A stretch of DNA of 64,000 nt, from positions 32,001 to 96,000 of IMG/VR virus record IMGVR_UViG_3300036784_000146; one strand, 5' to 3'. This stretch comes from a virus (Duplodnaviria > Caudoviricetes). This document shows positions 16,848 to 27,637 of this stretch, piece after piece. The position numbers were made by a program, and so were the translations under genes. Positions within the stretch are counted from its first letter, which is position 1, and each line of letters starts with the position of its first letter. The notes under the pieces were generated by a model. It was not told where the DNA came from. It was given only the letters and a program-made list of their open reading frames with translations, and made no database searches.

Positions 16848-19800
16848 ATGACAATGATCCACACGGCGCACGGCGTCGGTGAGGTAGTCGAGACCGTCAC
16901 CGAGCGCGGCGGGCGCGTCAGCTACAAGGTCAAGGTTGGCCTCAACGAGGTCTGGGTGAAGGCCGCCGACGCGCGCTTCGCCGAGGGTGGCCCAGAGAAC
17001 CTGTTCAGCTACCAGTTCACTCCGGATCGCCACATCGATCCCACCGCCGAGATGTACGGAGCCTCGACTCCGGAAAAGGACTTCGTCGTGGGCAACGTCT
17101 TCGCCATGGGATCCAAGGGCTTCTCTCCGATGGCTCCGGCCAAGAGCGTGCGCGACATCAAGCGTCCCTACCCGTACGACCCCACCCCGCAGTACCCGGT
17201 CGACATGTTCACAGACTCGACCATTCAGCCCGGCGAGTACGAGATCGATCCCGACAAGCGGCTCAAGCCCTCGCAGCCGAGCACGCAGCCCCCGTCGCCG
17301 GGGCCGAGCCCCAGCCTGTTCGCCACCGGTGCTTACAGCGCGATCCAAGACCGCCCCGAGATCGTCCTGGGCAGTCGTCCCGGCAGCGACGAGGACTACC
17401 TCATCCACGAGGGCTTCTTCGCCGAGGCCGAAGAGCTGACCGACGAGCAGCGCGGCAAGCGCCGCGAGGACTATCCACGTCAGAGTCGCGACCCGGCGGC
17501 CGACCGTCCCCGCTTGCGCGAGCACGACGAGCCGGTCCTCCCCTTCGACAAGGTCTCTCCGTCCGGCCACACCACCCACGAGATGGGCAAGAAGAGCGAG
17601 CCCGACTGGTACAGCTGCCCGGACTGCGGGGCCTGGCACAACCCGTTCCGGCACATGAAGAACCGCCGGGGTCCCAAGCCGCCGCGCTCCGACGACGCTT
17701 TCCAGCCCGCCTACAAGGGCGCTTCGATGCGCTGTGCGGCCTGCGAGCATGACCACCAAGAGCACGGCATGGGCTATCACGAGGGCGAGGGCGAGTTCGA
17801 GAACTATCAGCCGCCTTGGGAGCGCTCGGCTGAAGGGCGCCACCGCGCGCCGCCCAACGAGGTGGACCCCTTCATCGACACTCTCGACCGTGGTGCGTTG
17901 CCCGAACTGGTCAGAGATCCCGGCAACGACCAGCAGGTCTTCATGAAGCGCACTCCGACACCGAAGCCACGTGGGGAGCACTTCGCCCCGGGCATCATGG
18001 ACCGTCTGCGCGGCCGGGCGGCCGGTGTCTTCGACGGCATCGAGTTCCCCACCGACATGCCCGAGAAGTTCGCCTACATCCCCGGGCCCGAAGACTTCAC
18101 CGACTCGGCGCAGACCGCGCTGGCCGCGATCACTCGCCAGGCCGCGATCCTGGAAGGCGAGTATGGACTGAGCCCGCGCGTGGCCGTCGAGATGGACTTG
18201 GTCGAACACGACGCGCACGTGCGCGAGGCAGCATGGCGTGACGTCCAGCGCAAAGCCAAGCGCCTGCGCGCCGAGGGCCGGGTGCACATCAAGGACAGCA
18301 GTCCCGAGCACATCGTGGCCACCGTCGACGGCGACACCGGCACCTACGACACGATCATCGTGCGCGGCAACGTCTTCGACCTGGGTGGCCAGTCGGTCAC
18401 CAGCTGGCACTGCGGCTGCGACTGGGGTCGATGGGCGTTCAAACGCCGCCTGACCTACGTCGGGCGCTTCTGCTCTCACGCGTACGCCACCTACCAGGAA
18501 ATGCGTTCAGCGCACGATCTACCCGGCGGGACACGCAGCCGTACGCGCAGCGCCGGAAGCCATGAATTTGCGGACCCCACCGACGAAGCGGATGCCCGTT
18601 TGCAGTACGAGCAGTCCGGTGCAAGGCCGGTAGCTCCTGGTAGCGATGCGTACCTTCACGCCCCCAGACCCGCCGGTCCTCCCATTCCTGGCTGGGTGGG
18701 TCAGTCTGTCGAGGGCGGCGAGCCCGGCCGACACCGTGCGGCCGGAGTGGTCGAGGACTACAAGAAGTGGCTCAAGGAGAACGACCAGGTTCCCGGCGTG
18801 GACTCGGTGGCTGATTTCGTCACGCTGCCCCAAGACGACGATGAAGAGGCACCGCTGACCGAGGACGAGGTGGCCAAGCTCTACGACTACGCCGAGGGCA
18901 ACCTGCCGGAGTCTCGGGAGCGCAACTACGATGTGGGGTACACCTTCGACCCTGATGAGGTGTACAAGACCAGCCGCGAGATGCTGCGCACCAAGCCGCA
19001 GAGCCTCACCCCGGACCTGCAGTTCGTGCCCGAGGGCGAAGACGAGCATCTGGTCGACGTCACCAAGGACGACCGCAAGACCACCGGCCCGGGCCAGATC
19101 ATGCACGGCAACACCGATGACGAGGGTGGCCAAGAGCCCGGCGACGGCGAGATTGTGCACTTCGCCAGCCTGCAGCGGCTCTGCGACACCGAGGGCTTGC
19201 CCTACCCGGTCGAGCTGACTGCGTTCCTACAGCACTACGCCGAAGAGCAGAAGGTCAACAACCCGACCCCAGGCTCTCCGGCCAACCCCCGGCCGGACGC
19301 CGGTGAGGCCACTCGCGACCTCAACAAGCTGCGCAACCTGATCCAGGACCCGCTCTCCGACAGCTTCGGTCACATGGACGAGCGCAACGACAAGGTCCGC
19401 GATCTGGTGGAAGAGCTGCACGACGCCGGAACGGCCGCCGAGAACCTGGTGGCCAGCCGCCAGTTCGAGGCCGAGGGCGACTTTGCCTCTCCGGGTGGTG
19501 GCACCTGGGCCGATCTTCCCTTCGCGGGATCCGGCCCTGACCCCAAGGACTGGTACAGCAGCTCGGCCGACTACGTCGACGAGCACGAGCGGCCCAACTT
19601 CACCGACGTCACCGACCTGCCCGACGGCGACATCCTGAAGTACAACGACTCCGACTCGCCGGTGAGCAAGCCCAAAGAAGCCCGGTACGAGCACGAGGGT
19701 GAAGAAGAGGATTACGGCGACGAGGGTCCCCTGGAAGCTCCTTCCGATGCGCCTTGGGGCGAAAAGAACCCGCGTTGGAGCCCGCGCCACGCCGACTTGT

Positions 19801-20924
19801 TCTCCAACGAGACCAGCTCGATGCAGCCGATGGAGCCCAACGTTGGTGGCGGGGGGCCGGGCGACGTCAACAACGCGCCTCCCATCATGAACGCTGGGGA
19901 CAACGTCTCGGGCGCTGAAGAGGACCCCACCGGCACGCTGGCCAGTCTGCTGCACTTCGCCGACGACGATGACCTCACTAGCGGTGACACCATGGGCGAT
20001 CCCGGCGGCGGCATGACCGATGGTGGCGGCAACTCGATGGGGATGGGTGGCGGCGACTCGATGGGTGGTGGTGGCGACTGGATGGGCACCCCTAGCGGTG
20101 GCCTCCACTATCCGGGTCTCGACACCGACTCGGGCGGCGTCAGGTTTGGACCTATGTCCCCGGATTCTTCTACCCCTTCGGCCACTCCGGGCCTTCCCGG
20201 TGGAGCCGGTGCCAGTGACTTCGTGCATCCGTCCGGTCCGGTCGGTGCCCCGGGCGACATGATCCATCCGGATAAGAGCGTGACTTACGCCAATCAGCAG
20301 CGTCCTTCGATCCGAGACAGCATCGCGAAGCGCAACCAGCACTGGCGGCACGGCTACGACTGGTCGAACGTGCCTCCCGGCTGGGGTGACGTCCCCAGCA
20401 ACCCCGACGACGACAGCGATCCGCTGCCCCCGTTGCCGGGCCAGAAAGAAGTCGAGAACCTGCTGCCCAACCAGATGCCCAAGATCCCCGGCATGGGTAA
20501 GGGCGGCCCCGGCGGTGCCGGTGGTGCAGCTGGCGAGGCCGGGATGGCCGAGGAGTTGCCGTTGGTGGCGGCCTCCATCGACCCGCGTTGGGACCAGTCC
20601 GACGTGGTGGCCCAATTCCAGCGGTCAGCCGGGGCGGCAGCCCTGCGTGGACGCGGCCAAGGTGGCCCGCCTCAATCCGACCCGCGCGCGCAGGCGATGT
20701 CCCAGTGGGGCGGGGCGCCGGGCGGCGTCACCCGCGCCGGTAGCCGTGGCAACTTCTCCGAGGGCGACATCGCCGGGGCGGCAGCTAGCTTCCTACACCG
20801 CACCGCCGGACGCACCTATTCACCGGCCGAGCAGGCCAGTCTGATGAACGAGGAGCCGGTCAACGGCCGGGGTGCGCGCAACCTCGGTGGTCTCGATCTC
20901 CAAGGGACCCACTACGTCCAATGA
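16848..20924 (+). CDS. large multidomain head-region protein with SWIM-like zinc finger
   Basis: 1358 aa; WHCGCDWGRW...RFCSHAYA SWIM-like motif; extensive acidic/Pro/Gly low complexity. Confidence 0.75.
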   Translation: MTMIHTAHGVGEVVETVTERGGRVSYKVKVGLNEVWVKAADARFAEGGPENLFSYQFTPDRHIDPTAEMYGASTPEKDFVVGNVFAMGSKGFSPMAPAKSVRDIKRPYPYDPTPQYPVDMFTDSTIQPGEYEIDPDKRLKPSQPSTQPPSPGPSPSLFATGAYSAIQDRPEIVLGSRPGSDEDYLIHEGFFAEAEELTDEQRGKRREDYPRQSRDPAADRPRLREHDEPVLPFDKVSPSGHTTHEMGKKSEPDWYSCPDCGAWHNPFRHMKNRRGPKPPRSDDAFQPAYKGASMRCAACEHDHQEHGMGYHEGEGEFENYQPPWERSAEGRHRAPPNEVDPFIDTLDRGALPELVRDPGNDQQVFMKRTPTPKPRGEHFAPGIMDRLRGRAAGVFDGIEFPTDMPEKFAYIPGPEDFTDSAQTALAAITRQAAILEGEYGLSPRVAVEMDLVEHDAHVREAAWRDVQRKAKRLRAEGRVHIKDSSPEHIVATVDGDTGTYDTIIVRGNVFDLGGQSVTSWHCGCDWGRWAFKRRLTYVGRFCSHAYATYQEMRSAHDLPGGTRSRTRSAGSHEFADPTDEADARLQYEQSGARPVAPGSDAYLHAPRPAGPPIPGWVGQSVEGGEPGRHRAAGVVEDYKKWLKENDQVPGVDSVADFVTLPQDDDEEAPLTEDEVAKLYDYAEGNLPESRERNYDVGYTFDPDEVYKTSREMLRTKPQSLTPDLQFVPEGEDEHLVDVTKDDRKTTGPGQIMHGNTDDEGGQEPGDGEIVHFASLQRLCDTEGLPYPVELTAFLQHYAEEQKVNNPTPGSPANPRPDAGEATRDLNKLRNLIQDPLSDSFGHMDERNDKVRDLVEELHDAGTAAENLVASRQFEAEGDFASPGGGTWADLPFAGSGPDPKDWYSSSADYVDEHERPNFTDVTDLPDGDILKYNDSDSPVSKPKEARYEHEGEEEDYGDEGPLEAPSDAPWGEKNPRWSPRHADLFSNETSSMQPMEPNVGGGGPGDVNNAPPIMNAGDNVSGAEEDPTGTLASLLHFADDDDLTSGDTMGDPGGGMTDGGGNSMGMGGGDSMGGGGDWMGTPSGGLHYPGLDTDSGGVRFGPMSPDSSTPSATPGLPGGAGASDFVHPSGPVGAPGDMIHPDKSVTYANQQRPSIRDSIAKRNQHWRHGYDWSNVPPGWGDVPSNPDDDSDPLPPLPGQKEVENLLPNQMPKIPGMGKGGPGGAGGAAGEAGMAEELPLVAASIDPRWDQSDVVAQFQRSAGAAALRGRGQGGPPQSDPRAQAMSQWGGAPGGVTRAGSRGNFSEGDIAGAAASFLHRTAGRTYSPAEQASLMNEEPVNGRGARNLGGLDLQGTHYVQ

Positions 20925-23900
20925 CTGTCGACCTGCGTGACCACGACGTAGAGCGCCGCTTCGTGCAAGCGCTCAAGCACAGCGGTGTTCCCGTCTCCAA
21001 CAAGGCCATGCCGTCGACCCGGCAGCTGCGCGCAACGTCGATTTTGGCCAACAGGCAGCACAAGGTTGTCGGGAAGATTGCGGCCGTCAAGACCAGCCGC
21101 AAGGCGGTCTACTCGATGGTGGAGCCCTTCGCCAAACACGGCACCGTCGTCAAGGACTTCGAGTTCGTTCCCGGGATGCTCTACACCAAGGTGCGGGCGA
21201 TCTCGGCGCGCATCAACCAGAACTACGACGCGTGGCCGTCTGGTCAGCTCAAGACCAGCTACCTCACCTTCTTGGGCAAGCCGATCTTCGTCAATCACGC
21301 CAACTTCGACCCCGATCGGGCACGGGGTCGGGTGGTGGCCGCGCGCTACATCGAGAACGGCCGGGACAAGTACGTCGAGACCGTGATGGAGGTCGACGCA
21401 CTCAACTTCCCCCGGCTGGCGGCCGAGATCCACAACGGCGGCCTGGACAGCGTGTCCATGGGCGTCGAGGCGGGCTTCACGATCTGCAGCTTCTGCGGCA
21501 ACAAGGCTACCGACGTGTTCGACATGTGCGACCACGTTAAGTTCCACAAGGGTAGTCACCTACCAGACCCACGCACCGGACAACCCAAGCTGGTGTACGA
21601 AGACTGTCACAAGCTAGGTTTCTTCGAGCTGAGCTACGTGTTCGACCCGGCCGACGAGACGGCGGTGGTCTCACAGGTAATCGTGGCCGACAAGCGTGTC
21701 GCCGACAACCAGTTCATCAAGCGCGAAGGTGCCCGGCCGATCGACCCCAGCCAGGAGGTCTTCGTCCACTACAACCGGCACGCCTTCAATCGGCAGAAGC
21801 GCACCGGCCAGCCTCAGGCCGACCTGTGGTCGATCCGCCAGGACGATCCGGAGACCAGAAAGCACGTGCGCGGTTACATCAACGACCTGCACTTGCGTGA
21901 TGCCCGCCTGCACGTCCAGCCCGGTGGCAGCCAGCTTTACAAGGACACCTACACCGATGATCGCGGCGAGGGTGATCGCACCGTGCACGCGGGCATCTAC
22001 GGGACGCTGGACAGCGGGCCTCCCCCGGAGGGCATGTCGATGTCGGTTCTGGGTTACAACCCCAAGACCGACTCCACCTTCGTCCACAAGGACACAGGAG
22101 AGCCCGTGCACGAGGCCGACCACATCCACGTCGACCCCGCTGGCAAGGTCTACGGCTACAAGGCCGACGGCTGGGGACGCACTGCACGCCGCAAGAAGGC
22201 CTGGGGTGAAACCGAAGCCCCCGAGGACATCGACACGCTGCGCGAGGACGACGACGACAGCGATGACGACTACGAGTTCGTCACCCCCTATCGACCCGAC
22301 GGTGCTGATGACATGCCGTTCGCGAACGAGATCGGCTCACCGCAGGAATTGCAAACCCCAGACTTCGACCAGACCAAGCGCCTCGACCGCGACCAAGAGG
22401 AAGAGGGCCTGGACTCCGACCGAAGGGTCGAGGACGTCGGAGAGGTCGGAGCCCCGTCCAACGGGACTCAAGCTCAGCCGAAAGCGGCAAGGAAACAAAG
22501 GAGGAAGGCGATGGCTCGCACCAAATACGCCGCTGAGGAGGACCGGGACGACGACCGTCTCCCCCCGTGGCTTCAGGATGACGACCAGGGTGGCGGCGAC
22601 GAAGGTGGCTTCCCCGACGATGGCGGCGATGGCGGTCCCCCGCCTCAGGGTCCGCCCGACGACGGCGGTGACTTCGGCGACGACGGCGGTGATGACCTCG
22701 AATCCCGCGTCGACCAGCTTGAGCAGGCTGTCGGCGAGCTGCAGGACGAGGTGGGCCCCGACGAAGACGACAGCATGGACGGGCCGCCTGCGCCCCCGCC
22801 GCCAGGTCCCCTTGGTCCTCCGCAGTTCGCCGCCCGTAACCGGCGTCAACAGCCTCGTCAGGCCACTCGGCGCACCGCCAAGGATGACGACGATTCGGAC
22901 GATGACGATGACGACGATTCGGACAAGGACGACAACAAGCCGCCGTGGCTCAAGGAGAAAGAATCTCGGCGTCGTACGCCCCAACGCCCTGTGAACGGGC
23001 GCTCCCCGCAAAAGAAGGGGAGAAAGGGCTCGCAGAAAGGAGCGCCGACCGTGGGAGCACCTCGTCTCTCTGAGCGCAGCAAGGTGGCCGCCTCTTCGCG
23101 TGCGCGCAACCGTCGCACCGCCGACGACAGCGGACACACCGACGGCGGCCCGTACGGCGAGAACACCCTCGGCGAGCAGGCCGAGACTTACATCCCGTCG
23201 GTGTACGGCGAGGGTGACGGCGTTCCGCCCGAAGAGCCCGTGGCCGCTCCGGCTGGCGACGAGTCCAAGGCGCCCAATAGCGAGAGCAACCTGGTGGCCA
23301 GGATCCACAAGCAGAAGGTGGCCTTGGAGCGTGACATCCAGACCTACATGCGGATGCAGGCCGGGCGTCGGACCGCTGAGGACTCCGGCGTGGTGCAGCC
23401 CACTACGGTCAACCCAGAGTTGAGCGGCACCGAGGACCAGTCCGTGCGCGGCGACGACTTCCAGGACGTCGGTCTGGATTACGGCAGCTCGGCCGAGACT
23501 CAGCCCAAGGACGCCAGTCGCCACTGGTTCGCTCAGTTCAACAACTGGTTGCGCCAGGTCACCGGCAAGAACTGGAACCAGCACACCTCCGGGCACCTGA
23601 CCCGGTATGCCGCCCATTGGGCGAAGGGGACCGGCGTTCCGCTGGATGCCATGTTCCCGACCCTGCAAACTGCGCTTCGCCAGGCGAAGAAGGGTGAGGC
23701 AAGGAGTAGTTCCATGAGACGTCGCGCCGAGGACGAGAAGCTGGAAGTAGCAGCTCCGGACGAGCGTGTCGACGTGGAGCGGCCGGTTTCCAACGAGACC
23801 GACGCGGACGCGCAAGCGTCACAGTTCGATCTGCACGATTTCGGCGACAATGCGGGGGATAACCTCGCCGATCCAGATATGGACGTCGACTCGCAGATCT

Positions 23901-24283
23901 GGGCTCCGGGCGAGGGAGAGGCAGCCGCCGGTAGCGGCGATCGCTCTGCCTCCCGGGTCAAGATGGCCGACGGTATGCAGGCGCTGCGGTGCGCCGAGGC
24001 ATACATCAGGTGCGGCCTGGTCCATCCCAGCCAGAAGTGGAAGGTCGGCAGCTGGCTGCAGACCATCCGGATGGCCACGGTGGTGGATCGTACGAAGCTC
24101 CTGGAAGCTGTCTACGCGGCTAACCAGCGGGCTTTCACCGCAGCGAGGCAACCCGCAGGAAACATGCGCGGGGCCACGACAGGCACTGTTCCTCCGGGCT
24201 TCGGCTCGGGACGGCGAGTTGCGTCAACCGCCCGAGAGAGTGCCTTGGACCCCAAGTTCGACGCGATGATGTGGCTCAGCTAA
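20921..24283 (+). CDS. capsid maturation protease fused to an inserted domain and scaffold
   Basis: KPIFVNH...ARGRVV, DSVSMG, CSFC..C.H and FFELSYVFDPAD are prohead-protease-like; acidic/coiled-coil scaffold follows; lies upstream of capsid genes. Confidence 0.8.
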   Translation: MTVDLRDHDVERRFVQALKHSGVPVSNKAMPSTRQLRATSILANRQHKVVGKIAAVKTSRKAVYSMVEPFAKHGTVVKDFEFVPGMLYTKVRAISARINQNYDAWPSGQLKTSYLTFLGKPIFVNHANFDPDRARGRVVAARYIENGRDKYVETVMEVDALNFPRLAAEIHNGGLDSVSMGVEAGFTICSFCGNKATDVFDMCDHVKFHKGSHLPDPRTGQPKLVYEDCHKLGFFELSYVFDPADETAVVSQVIVADKRVADNQFIKREGARPIDPSQEVFVHYNRHAFNRQKRTGQPQADLWSIRQDDPETRKHVRGYINDLHLRDARLHVQPGGSQLYKDTYTDDRGEGDRTVHAGIYGTLDSGPPPEGMSMSVLGYNPKTDSTFVHKDTGEPVHEADHIHVDPAGKVYGYKADGWGRTARRKKAWGETEAPEDIDTLREDDDDSDDDYEFVTPYRPDGADDMPFANEIGSPQELQTPDFDQTKRLDRDQEEEGLDSDRRVEDVGEVGAPSNGTQAQPKAARKQRRKAMARTKYAAEEDRDDDRLPPWLQDDDQGGGDEGGFPDDGGDGGPPPQGPPDDGGDFGDDGGDDLESRVDQLEQAVGELQDEVGPDEDDSMDGPPAPPPPGPLGPPQFAARNRRQQPRQATRRTAKDDDDSDDDDDDDSDKDDNKPPWLKEKESRRRTPQRPVNGRSPQKKGRKGSQKGAPTVGAPRLSERSKVAASSRARNRRTADDSGHTDGGPYGENTLGEQAETYIPSVYGEGDGVPPEEPVAAPAGDESKAPNSESNLVARIHKQKVALERDIQTYMRMQAGRRTAEDSGVVQPTTVNPELSGTEDQSVRGDDFQDVGLDYGSSAETQPKDASRHWFAQFNNWLRQVTGKNWNQHTSGHLTRYAAHWAKGTGVPLDAMFPTLQTALRQAKKGEARSSSMRRRAEDEKLEVAAPDERVDVERPVSNETDADAQASQFDLHDFGDNAGDNLADPDMDVDSQIWAPGEGEAAAGSGDRSASRVKMADGMQALRCAEAYIRCGLVHPSQKWKVGSWLQTIRMATVVDRTKLLEAVYAANQRAFTAARQPAGNMRGATTGTVPPGFGSGRRVASTARESALDPKFDAMMWLS

Positions 24284-24322
24284 CCCCCGAGCCCCGAGTT
24301 TCCTGAGAGGAGGCGAACCCTT

Positions 24323-24883
24323 ATGTTGCGGGTAACACTGAACAACCCGGCGCAACAGCGGACCTTGCTGCCCAAGTACGCGCAGACCCAAGCGACTGCC
24401 TACTCCGGCTTCTGGGTCCCCACCTGGACGCGCCAGTACGACGTCTACCCCGGCAGCGTGGTCAAGCTCTTGCATGACGAGGTCTTCACGCTCTGGGACG
24501 GCTTCGGCGAGCCCTTCGGCTTGTCGTCGCTGTTTATCGCCCCGGCCCTGGGGATCGACGAGATCCTCAACACCGGAGGCAACGAGTTCACCGCATGGCA
24601 GATCGAGCCGCAGGGCCTGTTCGAGGTCCTGGCACCGGCGTTCGACCAGACGGCCACGTGGGCGTCTGAGCAGCACGGCGGTCAAGTGCTGCTGACGGGC
24701 ACCACAGCGCCGGTCACGCTGCCGAGTGGGGTTGTGCAACCCCCGGGTGTGCTCACTCCGGTGGGCGCCAACAACGCCAATTCGGTCGCGACCCTGGTCT
24801 CGGTCGAATCCACGTCCAAGATCCTGATCAGCGGCCGCCGGTACAGCTTCGGCACGGGCGTTGCTCTGGGCACCGGAAGCTAA
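24323..24883 (+). CDS. head decoration/cement protein
   Basis: 186 aa beta-rich protein between scaffold and major capsid gene; YPG..V and GLFEV motifs. Confidence 0.55.
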   Translation: MLRVTLNNPAQQRTLLPKYAQTQATAYSGFWVPTWTRQYDVYPGSVVKLLHDEVFTLWDGFGEPFGLSSLFIAPALGIDEILNTGGNEFTAWQIEPQGLFEVLAPAFDQTATWASEQHGGQVLLTGTTAPVTLPSGVVQPPGVLTPVGANNANSVATLVSVESTSKILISGRRYSFGTGVALGTGS

Positions 24884-24895
24884 GGGGAGGAAACC

Positions 24896-25909
24896 ATGGG
24901 ACTTCCAGCTCTAGTGGCAAACGCCCCCGGCCTCGAAAGGTTCGGCGCAGCAACATCGAGCGACGAGATTGTCGTGAAGATGGGTCAGCTGCAGCAACGT
25001 CTGGGCGGCCGTAAACTGTCCATGCGGGAGAAGCAGATCCGGATGGCGCACATGCTGCGGGATGCCAACAGCGGCATGTTGCGGCTCGGCCAGTCGATGA
25101 TCGGCCCGATCCAGCTGCAGTTGCGCTATCAAGGGATCCTGCGAAATGTGTTGTTAGAGGACACATTAACGCCCGGAGTACCAATTCAGTACGACATCCT
25201 CGACCAGCTCGGTCAGGCCTATGTGCTGCACGGTGCCGAGGGTGAAATCCGCATCACGCCCTTCGAGGGCAAGCGTGTGGAGGTGCAGCTGTTCCGCATA
25301 GCTACCTTCCCGATCATCCGCAAGGAGGACCTGTACTTCCTCAGGGCTAACCTGGTCGAGTATCAACAGGACTTCTCCAAGCAGGCGATCATGCGCCAAG
25401 AGGACGGCCGTCTGGTCAGCCTCATCGAGACCGCCGTCGCGCAGTACCGGCTGGTGGACACCTCGTCGGTGCCGGTTACCGGGTCGCTGCCCAACGAGAT
25501 CTCGGTGGCCGGAGACATCCTGGCTCCCGACGACCTCTACAACGCGGTCACCTACACCGACCAGCGCATGCTCGACAGCACGCGTTTGCTGGTGAATCCC
25601 AAAGAATATCGGGATTTCTACAGGTGGGACATCAACACAACCGGCTGGGCCTTCAAGGACAGCGTGGTTGCTGGCGAGCGCATCGTACAATTCGGTGAGT
25701 TCCAGATCGGGAAGAGCATCATCATCCCGATCGGCACGACTTACCTCACGCCGGACCCCGAGTTCCTCGGCGTCTTCCCCGTGATGTACAGCCTCGATGT
25801 CGAAGAGAACAACCTCGTCCAGCAGTTCCATAAGGGCTGGGTGATGGACGAACTGGTCGGCATGGCGATCCTTAACCCTCGTGGTTTGATCATTCTGCGC
25901 AAGCAGTAA
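24896..25909 (+). CDS. major capsid protein
   Basis: 337 aa; IGPIQLQLRYQG...AIMRQED...GW.MDELVGMAILNPRG is an HK97-fold-like pattern; followed by a terminator. Confidence 0.85.
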   Translation: MGLPALVANAPGLERFGAATSSDEIVVKMGQLQQRLGGRKLSMREKQIRMAHMLRDANSGMLRLGQSMIGPIQLQLRYQGILRNVLLEDTLTPGVPIQYDILDQLGQAYVLHGAEGEIRITPFEGKRVEVQLFRIATFPIIRKEDLYFLRANLVEYQQDFSKQAIMRQEDGRLVSLIETAVAQYRLVDTSSVPVTGSLPNEISVAGDILAPDDLYNAVTYTDQRMLDSTRLLVNPKEYRDFYRWDINTTGWAFKDSVVAGERIVQFGEFQIGKSIIIPIGTTYLTPDPEFLGVFPVMYSLDVEENNLVQQFHKGWVMDELVGMAILNPRGLIILRKQ

Positions 25910-25945
25910 GCCATTTGCTGAACATTCGTTCCAGGTGGACGACAA

Positions 25946-25980
25946 AGGAATCCCCCGGGCGATCCCCGGGGGTTTTCTTT
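25946..25980 (+). terminator. intrinsic terminator
   Basis: CCCCCGGG-loop-CCCGGGGG followed by TTTTCTTT. Confidence 0.85.
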
Positions 25981-25999
25981 CTGGGCTAAGGAGTTAGCT

Positions 26000-27520
26000 G
26001 TGGACATGGGGTCTCTGATGGTCCTCGCTGACGCGATCACCCTACTGGCCTACGACATCCAGTCCCCGGCTCCCGGTGCTCCGCTGACGACCATCAGGGG
26101 GCCCAAGGGCCCCTCTCTGGATCCGGCCAACGACCCCATGGGTCACCTGGACAAACGGCCCTACAACTACGACACGATGGTCTCTAACCTAGAGAGCCAC
26201 TACCACGGCGCGAGCGACAACGAGCGCAGGCAGGGCAGGTTCTGGTACAAGGGCGCCAACGATCTGTTCGGCAAGTTCGCCAAGAACAACGACATCAGCC
26301 CCGAGCGTGCGGTCGCCTACGGCGCGGCGTTCTCGCCGCTGACCGACTGGGGCGACAACGTCCACCACGCTCAGCAGTTCATGCTGGGCTACCGGCCAGG
26401 GGACCCTAATTTCAGTGAGCACGACTGGCAGGTTGCTCATATCCATCCCGGGGCGTTGGACGCCTTCCGGCAGCAGACTGGACGCGATCCGTCGCACTCG
26501 GACGAGGATCTGCACCAGCTGGCCGACTTGCACGCTGACGCGTTCTCACGTGGGCCCAAGAAGAACGCGGTCAACGATCTCTCCAACCCTGCGGCCCGGG
26601 CCGACTGGATGGCCAACATCCAGCACAAGGGCATGGATGCCGTCCTAGAAGACCACGAGCGCCAGAAGGAGGCTTGGCGTAAGGACGTCAACAGGAGCGG
26701 CCCCTACAACCCGTCGATGGCGATGCGCCCCTCGGGCATCAAGACGCTCGGCGGCAACATCCAGAAGGCCAAGGACCTCTACCACGCACCCGAGGACGTC
26801 GCGCAGATGTTCGGGGTGCTGGGCGGCCCGAAGATCAGCCACTTCACCGACAACATCCTCGACGACACCCCGATCAATGAGGAGGGGTATTATCAGCACC
26901 CCAACGGCGACTGGACTCAGAACAAAGACCTGGGCGGCACGATCGACAGCCATCACATCCGGGCTTCGAGCATGCCCCACGGGGGCTGGGAGCGTAAGGC
27001 CTATGCCTCCAAGAACCCCAACACCGCCCATGAGTACGACGTGTTCAACCGTGGCCTCTACGACGCCACCAAGCGCATCAATGACGCCGAACCCGATGCC
27101 ACCAAGCACATCACCCCCAAGCAGCTACAGGCCATCGTGTGGCTCAAACACAAGAACGACAAGGACTACTTCGAGCGCCAGCGCAACCCCCAGACCGGCC
27201 AGCTGATCAACCACGAGAGCGAGCTGGGCGGCGCCGGGCGTCCTGAGGACTGGCAGTATGCCGAGAAGAGCTACAAGTCCAAGGGCAAGGGCTTGGGCAA
27301 GGGACGCAGCCGTGCGGCCGCGCTGGACGAGGCCGACTTCGCCGACATGCCGCCGCTGTGGCGCAAGATGTTCATGAGTCGGCGCCCCGCCGAATGGACC
27401 GAGCTGCTTTCCGCGTGGGTGAACCACCACGCGCCGGAATCTGTGGACCCGGATCCCACGCGTGAGGCTCGCACCATCAACGACGCGGTGGTCTTGACGG
27501 CGGTGGCGGCTCTTGTCTGA
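26000..27520 (+). CDS. DUF7178-like helical phage protein (possible DNA-acting enzyme)
   Basis: GRFWY...AAFSP..DW.DN, GPKISHF.DNI, TIDSH and TPKQLQAIVW motifs. Confidence 0.55.
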   Translation: MDMGSLMVLADAITLLAYDIQSPAPGAPLTTIRGPKGPSLDPANDPMGHLDKRPYNYDTMVSNLESHYHGASDNERRQGRFWYKGANDLFGKFAKNNDISPERAVAYGAAFSPLTDWGDNVHHAQQFMLGYRPGDPNFSEHDWQVAHIHPGALDAFRQQTGRDPSHSDEDLHQLADLHADAFSRGPKKNAVNDLSNPAARADWMANIQHKGMDAVLEDHERQKEAWRKDVNRSGPYNPSMAMRPSGIKTLGGNIQKAKDLYHAPEDVAQMFGVLGGPKISHFTDNILDDTPINEEGYYQHPNGDWTQNKDLGGTIDSHHIRASSMPHGGWERKAYASKNPNTAHEYDVFNRGLYDATKRINDAEPDATKHITPKQLQAIVWLKHKNDKDYFERQRNPQTGQLINHESELGGAGRPEDWQYAEKSYKSKGKGLGKGRSRAAALDEADFADMPPLWRKMFMSRRPAEWTELLSAWVNHHAPESVDPDPTREARTINDAVVLTAVAALV

Positions 27521-27637
27521 GGATTCGCTTCGGGTTTACGCTCTGGCCGTGTTGGCCCCCCTAATTGCAGCATGGTTATTCAAGAAGCGGGGTAACCTAA
27601 ACGGTGGTTCTGACACCAAACCAGGAGGCACCGCGCC

